DNA of 64,000 nucleotides from Eledone cirrhosa. Lineage: Eukaryota. The stretch is taken from contig OZ024740.1 of assembly GCA_964016885.1 (NCBI GenBank), positions 205,592,001-205,656,000 on the forward strand, read 5' to 3'. The position numbers and the translations under genes were made by a program. Below are positions 1 to 11,590 of the stretch, one piece after another. Every line of letters begins with the position of its first letter. The stretch's first letter is position 1. The notes under the pieces were generated by a model, which saw nothing but the letters and a program-made list of their open reading frames with translations, searched no databases and had not been told where the DNA came from.

Positions 1-177
1 GATCGAGAAAAGATTCTGCACTCTGTAAGTGGTAAGAAAAATTTCTCAAAAACTAGGTATACCACTGACACAGAAATGGACAAAAAGATCTCCCTCAGTG
101 ACCTATCCCAGCCTAACTGCCCCCTCTTGATTGATGATAATCTTGTTCTACAGATTGTTCTTAGGCCAGTTGGATAA
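1..177 (+). CDS. Probable terminal coding exon (5' part outside window) of a plus-strand gene; C-terminus resembles BTB/POZ domain protein BTBD17-like
   Basis: Frame 1 is open from base 1 to TAA at 175-177: DREKILHSVSGKKNFSKTRYTTDTEMDKKISLSDLSQPNCPLLIDDNLVLQIVLRPVG. The ending LIDDNLVLQIVLRP recalls BTBD17 C-termini (from memory, unverified). AT-rich UTR-like sequence follows. Confidence 0.5.
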   Translation, partial: DREKILHSVSGKKNFSKTRYTTDTEMDKKISLSDLSQPNCPLLIDDNLVLQIVLRPVG

Positions 178-1117
178 ATGTTTGTCTCTTGTTGTTTTGT
201 AAATGTCTACCCTTGTCCAAAGCTACTCACTTGCTTCTCATCAGCTTTAAAATACTGATACCTACATATAAACATATACATACACATATATAATGATTGA
301 AATAAGTCTGACAAACCCTTCTTCATTTAAAATCTTATTTTTATTGTTTCTGTTAAAGAAAAGAAAAGATAGAGACTAATGTTGTTTTTTGTTCCCCTGG
401 TTAGACTTAGAATCAGGCTTAAAATCTTCTAAAAAGGCAGAATTAGTGGCCTATGGCCCTAGTGTAGTAGTTAACATATTCATTTGGTATCCAAGAGATG
501 TGGGCTGGATTTATCTCAGGAGTCTCTGTCCATTTATCTCATCTCCAGGAGTATTTTACCTGATTTTCTCAACAATTATTATAGTCCTTTCTGCATTTGG
601 GCGTTCACATTTCTAATTTCATGTATATTTTCCTTAATTGTTTAATGCATTGTACATTCCAATTATACTAAGACCTTGTTGAAGCCAGTAGCAGTTGAGT
701 CAGTATTGAGGTTTTGCTATGTTAATCAAAGAGATATATTTTTGGATTATGGATACTTTTAAACATATTTCACATTTGAAGTTTTTAGGACTTTTTCTAG
801 TAACAAGTTTAGTAATTATAAAATTTGTTATTAAAAGTGACGCATTCTTCTGAAAATTTGCTGAAGTAAACAGTCACTATTAATAACAAATATTATATTG
901 ACTCTGTAAACAGTATATGAGTCCTTCATTTAGTGCATTTATTACACAAACCCATAAAATAAGCATTTATAGATATGTTGATTATTAATTTCACATTGTT
1001 ATGCTCAAAGGTTATTACTGATTTTGTAGTTTCTATACTATTACTGTGGTATTCCAAAACAAAAAGAATATCTCAACTGTTGAATTTATAAACCAGGAAA
1101 AATTTGCAATAATTTAA

Positions 1118-1173
1118 CCCTTTTGACACCAACCCAACCAAAACTGGCTTTGGTTGTACGAAACATGAAAGGG
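1118..1173. mobile_element. 56-bp internally deleted TTAA-flanked (piggyBac-type) MITE
   Basis: TTAA|CCCTTT...AAAGGG|TTAA; left end (cccttttgacaccaa) shared with longer copies at about 7060, 24616 and 29873. Confidence 0.55.
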
Positions 1174-3089
1174 TTAAAAACATTTGATTTAATTCATTGT
1201 TTATATCTGACTTCATGTATATTTATACACTTGCTTTACATTTAAAATTTCTAGTTATAAATATTAAATAATTATTTATAGAAATTAAATTTCTATAGTT
1301 GTATTAAAAATTAAATAATTATTAACAGAAATAAAATTTCTGTAATTGCATTAGAAATTAAATAATAATTAACAGAAATTAAATTTGATATGTGTAAAAG
1401 TATATTTAAATATTTTGATTTGAAGCCACCAGAAATTGTCCTTGGTTCTATGGTGCAAAAATATTTTAAGGTAAGCCTTCTATTACAATTTTATGTAAGA
1501 AACTTAGTTATCTTTTCTAAACACCAACTTAATAATAATAAAGTTAGTCATATTATTATACCCCTCCAATTCTTGATCATTTTCAAAATTATTTGAAGAT
1601 CATAGACTAATGGATTTCCTTAGAAATATGGTAAGAAAGAGTTAAACTAATGCCATTCTTATGGTTAAAAATGTATTCACTAAAGTTCAAGGCAAGTATC
1701 AATTTCAAATTTTGTTGAGTTGGGGATTAGCTAAATCTTGTCTCCTTTCACATGCTATAAGTATGAGTTGTCTATTAAGGACATATTTGTACAAAGTAAC
1801 AAATGTTCTAGAAGGTATCACAGAACCTTTTTAGACAACCTAATACAATATATGTCAACATATTTAAATATTTAAAACAGAAAGACAACAACAAGACCAA
1901 TCAATCTCTTTCTATCATGGAATTCTATGTAATATTTGTATCTACATAATAGAAATGTTAACAGATACTGAAATTATGTTAGAAAGTTTGTTATTACTGT
2001 TACATTCCCATTTAAATATATACTAAGACTATTGTGAAGGGGTTTTGCTTCATGATTGTAAGGTCATTAGATTGATTCTGGCTGTGTGTTGTTCTTAAGA
2101 TAATCGCTTTATTTCACTTTGCTGGCTAAAATATGTGGACCAACTTTGTCACACTCTGAGTCCATGTGTCTGTAGAATGCTCAGCCACTTGTAATTTAAT
2201 TTCACAATCCAGCTATTCAGTTCACATAATTAAAACATTTGTCATCAGGATTGAGGGAGGTTTAACACATTAAAGCCAATGAAATAAATACAACATTCAT
2301 CTTCATCACCATCACCATCATCATCATTGTTTAACATCTATTTTCCCAGCTAGCAAGGGTTTGATAAGCTGTCATAGTACTTAATTGAGGTTACTAACCT
2401 CTCAGATGAGCCAGGGGTCCACATCTCACCTACATACATTCCTGCACTCTACTGAGTGCACTAGGTTCATTTTATCATGGCACCAGCACAAGAGAGGTTG
2501 TTATGTTTATGACACAGCTGAAGAGTCCTCCTAACCCTTTGTTTGGTAGGTTTTCTATGACTTAAAATTATTTCATTTTATCTAATTGAGACATTTACAT
2601 TCCATTCAATTTTGATTTCTATTTTATTAATAAGGTGATGGCAAAAACAGTAGAACGGCTTCTTAAATGTTTTACCTGTTTACTAGCTTTGTACTGTATT
2701 GTTTCAAAAGCAGCCAAGTTTTACTTTACCTTTTCCAGTGTTTATAAAATAGGTACCATAGTAACATAGAAGAATTGATGCAAAAGAAATCAATATTTTC
2801 ACAGTGATCAAAGCTAAGATTTAGTGAAATCAATGTTTCCATATTTATGACTTCTATTTTGCTCAGATTTAAGCAAGTAACATTTCTTTTCCTTTGAACC
2901 TTCTTAAATGCTATTAATACTTCAGTGATTTTCCTCGTCATGGAATCTGTGATAATATATTTAAGAAACATTTTACATTTTTTCTTAAGGGAGAAGAAAT
3001 GTTAAAAGTAGAAACTGTTCTACAAAATAAATATTGAAGTTTAATTTACTTAATATGTTGTTTTGGTATTGTCTAATACTATCTGTTTA

Positions 3090-3300
3090 GAACTTCTCTG
3101 TTATAAAACCGTTTGTTTTAAGAGTAGCTCTGTCTTAAGAATATTTCTGTGTTTAGAACTCCTGTTTTAAAACCACCTCTGTATTTAGAAGTCATGTTTT
3201 AAGAATCTCTCTGTGTTTAAAACTCGTTTTAAAATCACCTCTGTATTTAAAAGTCATGTTTTAAGAATCTCTGTGTTTAAAATCTGTTTTAAGAATCTTT
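3090..3300. repeat. Degenerate tandem repeat, about 30-bp unit
   Basis: Recurring gttttaagaatctctctgtgtttaaaa / gttttaaaaccacctctgtatttagaa units. Confidence 0.6.
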
Positions 3301-5249
3301 TTGTGCTTGTTTGTGATGATACTATTTAGCAGCTGTAATAGAGCAGATATATAATTAAAGTCATTCCAGCCATGACCACTCCTTTGTTTTAAGGTCTCTA
3401 ACACTACATTATCCAGTGTGTCCTTCCTTTTTTAAGACAGAACAGTGTGATTTGGGGAGATTTGGTTGCTATTTTTAGTAGTAAACTTGACCACACTCTC
3501 TCTCCTTGATTTGTCTCTGTAAGTATGTCTGTGTATGTGGAAAAATACACAACTTATTTTCCAAGTTCCTATTTTTTTCCTATTTTCTAGCAATTTGTGT
3601 GAGTAGTGGGGAGAAAACTAATCACAACTTGACCAAAACCACCTTTAATTTTATGAAAACCCCCACCCATTTTAAATGGTTTCCTATTTAAAATAACCCC
3701 CCCATCATAATTTTGTATCAAAACCTTTTAAGTTATATTACAAATACCATAGCAATTCAACTACTTACTAAAACATTCCATTAACTGATCATTTCTATAT
3801 ATTTATTCTAATATAACTTTTAACATTCTGTACCACATGAAACCACATTAGCAAGACGTTATTGAAAAATACATATGATGCAGAACTATGATTTACATCA
3901 CATTAAAAATTAAAGCCTTTACTCAAATACTGCAAAATTTAACAATGATCTGTCCACCAGTAAAGATACTACAAACATTTGAATCAACATGTTTTTTTTT
4001 TAATATTCTATGCTAAATCATAATAGCACATTGAATTAAATACAATGGAATGACAGGGTCCCAAACAATGTATACACACTTCATCATTCTAATAAATATT
4101 GCCTGTACAGGTAATCAAAGTGTGTATACATTTTTGGGGGAGGACATATATAAAAAAGGAAATAAAAGAAATAAAGTAGTTTGTTCATTTTCCCTTTTGG
4201 TGCCAAATCATCTGTGGTTCTTACAATAACTGTTTGTTTTAAAGCATTTATAAAAGCCTATCATAATTCTGAAATACCAGGAATTATTGGCAAACTATTT
4301 TTTCCAACCTGTGGTGATTGTGATGTTTGAGGTAGCTGGGCTACCGACAATGAAGTTCTTGTCAATGTTGGTGCCTCACCTTACCAACATATCAATTGAT
4401 ACTTGCAAGAGTGCTTGGCTATTCCATTACCTTAACCTTGCTATCACCTGAGGCTAACTTAAAGAATTATTACAAGGAAACTCCAGCACCCTGTTATGTA
4501 TGCCTGTCTTCTCTTTGCCATTATTTTTCTGATTTTTGTTTTCTTTCTTTTTCTCTGATTACTTCTCTTTGAATCTTTTGTAAATCATATTTATTTTTTC
4601 AAATCATAATTTCATGTAAGAACCTTTATTAAGTTATGTTCCAAACTCTAGATAAATTATGTAAAAGTTAGTTAAATGACTAAATTCCTCCAAATTCTTG
4701 ATTAATTTCAAAATCAAAATCACTTTAAAATCATTATTATTTCATAAAACAGTGTTTTCCATTAGAAATATGGTAACAAAGGGTTTAACACTTTCAATAT
4801 CATATTCCTAATGAAAGACACTGCCAATTGGTTGTAATAAATTTTGGAAGAATTTAAAGATATAACTAATTTTCATAATATTAAACTGATGTTTGGAACT
4901 TAACTGATAAAGATTTCTTACATAAAATCATGATGGAAGCTTTTAATATAAATATGAATACTTTAAACCAGACAGTTTTGTATCATAGAATCAGTAGCAG
5001 TCTCAGATGGTTTAGTAACGAAAGGTTTAAATACAATGAAATAATTAAAAAAGAGGAAATAAAACATTTTTTCATGTTATGTTATGTTTTATGGACAATT
5101 TTTTGGAAACTTGCCAGTATTTTGTTTTCATTTTTTATTTGCATGATTCTTTTGAAAAAAAAGTAAGTAAAATGTGAAACTATATTTTGATTATATTTTG
5201 TTATTCCATATAAAAAAAAAAAGTTCCCATTTCTGCTGTTTTTAATCCT

Positions 5250-6210
5250 GGGACTTTTTTTTTCAGCCTCTCGCTGTGTATACCTGTCATTTAGCTTCTT
5301 AACTACCTGGTACTGGTCTGTGCTACCTCCATTTTTCCAGTCTTTCAATGCTTGTCTCTTGGCTTTAGTGGATCCATCTACTGTGCTGTTCCACCACCAG
5401 GTTACTCTCTTTCTGGCAGGCACTTTACTCCAGCCACAAGTCTTGTCAGTAGTTTCAAAAAGTTGTCACGTAGGAATTTCCAATTGTCCTCTATTATAGT
5501 ACCTAGCTTGTCACCCTGCTCATCTATTGCATCCTGTAGAGCCTTTCTAAACCTATATTTAACTGAGAGGGCTCCATATTTTCCTGCATATCTTGTTCTG
5601 TCTTTTGTTTATTTTGATGTCATTAATAACTAACTTGTGCTGGGCAGTGCATTCTTCATCAGGGAAGGCATTGGTATTACAGTCCATTTGTCTTGTTTAA
5701 CAATTTGGGTTGTGTATTCATCTGATTGATATGAAATCAGGTGGCTGGCTGGTTTCCTGAAATTTGTGTTGCAAATGTTTAGTTCATTCATGTCACAGAA
5801 TTCCAGGAGTCTCAGTCCCTTTTCATTCCTTGAGCTCCACAGAATCCGTCCTGGTATTGCTCCACATGTCCATTGAAGTCACCTGCCAGAATAATGAGGT
5901 CACCTTTATCAGTACCTGAAGTTGTCTGTAAAAGTTCCTCATAGACCCTGTCTTTTTGTTCTTTACCCAGTGCTGCTTGGGGAGCATAGGTAGATGTAAT
6001 TGTCACCAGTCTATTTCCTACAGTTAATCTAAGCTTGATAATTTTGTCACTTACTCTGACTACTTCTGTCACCTTATATATCCATTTTTCAGCTAGTAAG
6101 ATGTCTACACCTCCTATTCCATTGGCATTTCCTACCCAGTAGAGTCTATATCGCTGTTGTTTGCCCGTGATTAGTCTTCCTGAGGCACCCCTCCATCTAC
6201 TTCTCTTCTA
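5250..6210 (-). mobile_element. Decayed RTE-clade LINE, AP-endonuclease region
   Basis: ORF 5812-6072 RVSDKIIKLRL...STYAPQ...LAGDFNGHV matches EEP endonuclease motifs; downstream VTWWWN motif in ORF 5082-5423; broken by stops and frameshifts. Confidence 0.85.
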
Positions 6211-6384
6211 GCAATTCCACAATTTCACCTGATTTACCTTTTAGGTGCCAACATTGAGGGTGGAAGTTCTGAGATTTGTATCTTGATAGTTGCTGTTATT
6301 TCATTAAGTAGAGGTTGTATGTACCTGAAAGGGAAATATAGATATCTTGTTGATATTAAACCAAATGTGAAGATGTATGGCCTA

Positions 6385-6560
6385 ATGGTTAGGGTGTTCA
6401 ATAGTAAGGCTGTATGTTTGATTCTCATATTGGGCAGCATATGTCGTTGAGCCAGACACTTCATTTCACATTGTTCCAGTTCACCCAGCTGGAAGAAATG
6501 AGTACCAGCCATAGCTGGGGGTTACCCTGCAATACATTGTTATCCAATCCAGGAAGAAGT
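6385..6560 (+). mobile_element. Degenerate CORE-like SINE
   Basis: gttgagccagacacttcatttcacattgttccagttcacccagctg core is shared with copies near 38220, 47780 (minus) and 61710. Confidence 0.55.
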
Positions 6561-7059
6561 AATGTATTTAATGCCAAGTAAGTTATTTAATGCCGCCAAT
6601 GAAACAAAGGTACGATTTAGCATGATGAGCCTATAGGCTTGAAACAGAATTTAGTTGTTTCATGACTGTATTTCTAAAGAAATACACTCTATTTCAATTA
6701 ATGAAGAAATTTGAGGGATTTACTAAAATTTATATTTCATAACTGAGATATTAACTTATGGTTCCTATATAAACTTATGTTGGAAGCTGTTTGAATAAGA
6801 ACCCTTTAAAATGTTTGGTTTGGTTTCATATTACCAGAGTTGGTTTTGGCTAGGTTGGTATCAAAGGGTTAACTAAATTAATGATAGTTAAAAAATAATT
6901 TTTAATTTAGTAAAATATTTGTGTCCTTAATCATGGTCAAGCTGTATAAAAAATACATTTTTGTTGGTGGATTTGTTGTAAAGAATTTCTGTGTCCAACA
7001 CTGTATACTAGTAGTTTTTAAACCGGTTGCTATTACCTTCAAGCATTGGAATTACTTAA

Positions 7060-7290
7060 CCCTTTTGACATCAACTTACCTGAAACTACTTATGGTTTTG
7101 TAATAAGAAACCTAATTTTAAAATGTTTATATTCAAATTCAAACCTTCCATTATAATTTTATGTCAGACACATCAAATTAATAATGAAGAATCCACTCAT
7201 TTTACTAAACCAATCTTTTAATTTATTATTTTCAAAATTAATTAAAACACATAGGTAGTATATTTTATTAGAAATGTGGCGACAAAAGAG
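7060..7290. mobile_element. TTAA-flanked MITE (piggyBac-type)
   Basis: TTAA|CCCTTTTGAC...GACAAAAGAG|TTAA; body similar to copies near 4600-4790, 6660-6870, 24616-24880, 29870-30095, 42090-42315 and 61270-61580. Confidence 0.6.
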
Positions 7291-7785
7291 TTAATGATTT
7301 GTATTACGTTTATAGTGTTTCCAAATTCCTTGTCATTGAGTGCCAGAAGTAGTAAAAGTAAACTCTTGTATTCTAAGTTCAAATCCTCCCACAAGTTAAA
7401 TTTTTTATTACTTAATCCAATCAAATAAATTATTACCCCCTTACCTTCCTATCCAAATATGTGGTTTTATTTCAGTGTGAGAGATTATTAAATTTATACA
7501 ATGTTCTGTGTCTTTTTCATCTGGAGAGCTAACTACAATTTATTATAATTGTAATCTACACCTTTAAAAAATGTATCTGAAAAATGACTAAAAAGTTGTG
7601 AGGAAACCAAGTTGGTGGGGCACTAACTTGTTAAGTGGGCACTTCTGGGTAAGGCTTGTAGGGGAAGCAAAGTATGAGTCCTTAAACTAAGAGAACAATG
7701 GGTCAAAATAATTGGGAACACTGGTGTAGATCATTTTGATCAAAAGTGTGAAAAATACTAAAAATCCATTTAATATCGCAATTAA

Positions 7786-7981
7786 CTCTTAACATCCTGT
7801 ACTGCATGAAACCACAGCAAGAACAAAACAAAACAATGACAGCATTACATTAAAAATTGAAGTCTTTAGTTTACTGTAAATGTTCACAATGATATGTCCA
7901 CCAATAAAGATACTATAAACATTTGAATGAACAAACCCATTTTTAGATATTTTCTACCAAATCATTATAGGATGTTAGGAG
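7786..7981. mobile_element. Second TTAA-flanked MITE family with 12-bp TIRs
   Basis: TTAA|CTCTTAACATCC...GGATGTTAGGAG|TTAA; body repeated at about 3820-4030 and, inverted, at about 30740-30930. Confidence 0.6.
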
Positions 7982-9497
7982 TTAATATTTATACCGTATA
8001 GATTTCTGCTATACAGTTTCTTTTCTCCATTATATTAAAACAAAATGTTTTATAAAAAAAATAAAGAAAACAAAGTTATATATTTTATAACTCTATTCAG
8101 GGAGAGTCATAGGTGATGAATTGGTAGGTTTGTCAGGGTGCTCGATAGAATGCTTTACGTAGCATTCATTTCGGTCCTTTGTGATCAGTGTTCAAATCCT
8201 GCTGGATTCAACTTTGCCTTTCATATTTTCAGGGTTGATAAAGTACCAGTCAAATACTGGGTTCTTCATCATCATCATTATCATCATCATCTAAATTGGC
8301 TGTGGTGAAACCTGGAGACAGATGGACGCCATTAGGTTTAAAATGGCTGCCACACGATATGACATCATCCTTACGACTGCATTAGGAGTTACAGGGGGTC
8401 AATAACCAAATGGGAAGATCATAAATATGTGTTATTGTGAATATATCTATATGGTATCAGTTTATTAACCTGTATTATTTCCTTTATGTTTACATCAGAA
8501 GTTCTGTCCAATACATTCCCATAGAAAGGAAAAAAAAAAATTTTTTGTGTATTTTAATCTTGTTATATAAAACTGTTTTCATGGCATCAGTCTTTAATAT
8601 TCATTTCATTTTATTTATTGTCATACTAGAGTCGATAAAATCACCTGTCCTTTCTGTTTGAATTTCTGGCCTTGTACCTAAACTCAATCCACTATTGTCT
8701 CTGAGTTCAAATCCCGCCGAGGTTAACTTTGTCTTTCATCCTTATGGGGTCGATAAAATAAAGTACCAGTAATACACTGGGATAATTGCTGGCCTTGTGC
8801 CAAAAGTAGAAACAATTATTGTCTATACATAAATGAAAAGTAACAGCTGCTCTCTGTAAGCATGTAGTGAGTGTGTGATATAAGCCAGATAAAGCATAAG
8901 TTTATGGCAGTCCACCTCTATCAGGGGTTATATGCATCTCTAGATGAAGACATAGAATCAAAAAGAGAGAAAATATTAAGTCAACACTGTGTCAATTGGT
9001 CACATATCACAAAAGAAGCTAGAGCCTCCTCCTAATACTTTTCGAGGCATGCCAATACAGTCAGCATTACTACAGGTGATAGCAAGGCTAAGGCACTGAT
9101 CCTAGGGACGAGAGACAGGAAATTTGTATTAGTTGAAGGCTTTGCTGATATCAAATGCAGGAGTTGGTGGTGGTAGTGATAGTGTTTAAAAGTGGCCCTG
9201 TTTGTAGAAGTGGGTGATTTTTCTCCAAGTTTGTAGGCCAACATGAAATGCCAAAGGGCCTGGGAGGTAGGTGTTCTAATGTAGATGTGTGCTTAATTGT
9301 TGTGATAATGCAGTAGTTAGACAACCTAATAGGTGTAGGTATAAATGGGGAGGGTGTTTAGAATGTCCATGTGTTGTTAAGATATGTGTGTATAGGATGA
9401 ATCTAATTGATGTACATGGTTATCGAATATTTGGTTTGATTTCATTTTAATCAATCATTTTTATTCTACATGTCATTTACTACTACTACTACCAATA

Positions 9498-9655
9498 ATA
9501 ATTGTTTCTACTATAGGCACAAGGCCAGCAATTTGGGGGGAAGGAAAAGTCGATTAAATTGACCCCAGTGCATTACTGGTGCTTTATTTTATCAACTCTA
9601 TCAGGATGAAAGGCAAAGCTACCCTCAGTGGGATTTGAACTCAGAACGTGAAAGG
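9498..9655 (-). mobile_element. tRNA-derived SINE with Meta-like core
   Basis: Reverse complement contains B box GAGTTCAAATCC, core ctttcatcc...gataaaataaag and tail ggccttgtgcc...agaaacaattatt. Plus-strand copies at 8698-8820 and 10230-10430. Confidence 0.75.
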
Positions 9656-9809
9656 CCTTTCAGAGAAGATAACAAAACACTTTATCCTTTGTAACTTGTG
9701 CATTAATATCATGATCAAACAACTGAAACACTCATTGTTGAAACTGATGGAGGTTCTCTCTATTCTAATGCAGAAATTTCAATATAAAATTAAAAAAATA
9801 AAGTGTACA

Positions 9810-10135
9810 TAGCTCGGAGATCAAGGAATTGCTCCAGGTAGAGCTGCTATTTCTTTGAATTGAGAGATCATAACTTCGATACTATGGATATGGGGTTAAA
9901 AAGTCTAGGGAAAGAATTCCTGGACAGATTTTATGGGCAAAGCCAGCCAGCAGAAGAGCCAGAGGTTGACCACAAGTAAGATGATTGAATAAAATCCTTG
10001 AGCTTAGTTGATTCTACTTGGGGATCCCATCAGATCAGTTGGAGAGGGTTGCTTCTGATAGGACCCTCTCGATGGTGAGTCTGAGGATTCTGACTTCACA
10101 ACCCTCTCACGAATAAGTGGGTGAAGAAGAAGAAT
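9810..10135 (+). mobile_element. 3' fragment of an RTE (Expander/Rex3-like) LINE
   Basis: Homologous to 11280-11590, 32480-32810, 47505-47715 and 60730-60957, the last of which translates to KPTGKKPRGRPRARW. Confidence 0.7.
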
Positions 10136-10504
10136 AAATAAAGTAAAATGTTATCAAATCAACTTCCTTGCATTAGAAAAACGGAGAAGATTTATTAATG
10201 AATTGGATCATTATGTGTTTATTATTTAGATGGTAAGGCCAATTGATTGGCTGTATTGATCAGACAACATGCTTTGCTACATATGGTTACGTCCCTTTAC
10301 ATTTTGAGTTCAAATTCTGCTAAGGTCAACTTTGTCTTTCATCATTTCTATAAAATAAAGAACCAGTCAAGTACTGGAATCAATTTACCCCCCCCCCCCC
10401 AACTTATGATTTTGCCTAAATTAGAAATCATTTCCAATGGTAGCAACCTTTGAACAGTAGCATCATACATGTATGTATATATGTATCCATGTATATATGT
10501 ATGT

Positions 10505-11160
10505 GACTCATTTGGAAGGCTCAGCGACCATCTGTGGTGCAGGCGAGGATTCACAATGAAGACCAAGGTGAGAGTGTATGCTGCATGTGTACTGTCAGCA
10601 TTGCTGTATGCGTGAGACATGGGTTGCCTACAAACGGTCAAGAGACTGGAACGATTTCACCAGCAGTGTCTCAGAAAGATGTTAGGTATCAAGTGGCAGA
10701 TGCATGTCAATGATGTTGAGGTCCTTGAGAGAAGCCAATGTCGGAGCGTTGAAAGTATCATCCGCCAACAACGTTTGCAATGGACTGGACACCTCTGCAG
10801 GATGGAGGACGATCGAATCTCGAAACAACTTTTGTTTGGTGAGCTTTCTAAAAGTAAGAGACCACCTCACAAACCAAAGCTCCGATTCAAAGATTGTGTA
10901 AAGGACTCCTTGTAAAAAAATTGGTTTAATGGTGGTTGACAGGGAGATAGAAGCTCTTGAAAGAGAAACTTGCGTGGAATGGTGAATGATGGGGTTCATA
11001 ATTTTGAGGACTGACACATAGAGCACGAGAAGATCAAATGGGATGTGCGTAAGCAATGTCCTGGTGTATCTCACGAAACAATTGGTGTCTCCTGAATATG
11101 GAAAGATTTGCTTGAGAAAATCTGGTCTCAGGAGTCACAGTCACAGCCATGTCAGAGAGA
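10505..11160 (+). mobile_element. 3' part of an RTE-clade LINE (BovB-like), decayed
   Basis: ORF 10619-10915 LERFHQQCLRKMLGIKWQ...RLQWTGHLCRMEDDR..KQLLFGEL...PKLRFKD, followed by a degenerate C2H2 finger. Confidence 0.85.
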
Positions 11161-11279
11161 ACCAGTGAACTATGTTCTCCACAGTATTGTGAAGGTTCAC
11201 AGGCAACCTGATGTAAGACTGAGGCCAGGGAGATCCATAGTTGTTGTTAATGTGCAAAAGAGTGCAAGTTACTCGATAG

Positions 11280-11590
11280 AGTGTGTAGCCCGAAGATCAG
11301 AGAGTCGGTCCAGGTAGAGCTGCTACTTCTCCGCATTGAGAGATCATAGCTCTTGTATTATGGACATGTAGTTAGAATGTCTCAGGAAAGAATCGCTCGA
11401 CAGATTTTATGGGCAAAACTAGCCAGCAGGAGACCCAGGAGTAGACCCCGAGCAAGATGGTTGGATAACATCCATGAGCTCGGCTGGTATCGCTTGGGGA
11501 TTCAGCTGGATTAACTGGAGACGGTGGCTTCTGACAGGTCCCACTGGAAGGCGTGTTTGAGGACTTCCCCCAGGAATGAATGGACGAAGA
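11280..11590 (+). mobile_element. RTE (Expander-like) 3' fragment abutting the Penelope-like element
   Basis: Same family as 60730-60957 by direct sequence comparison. Confidence 0.75.
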
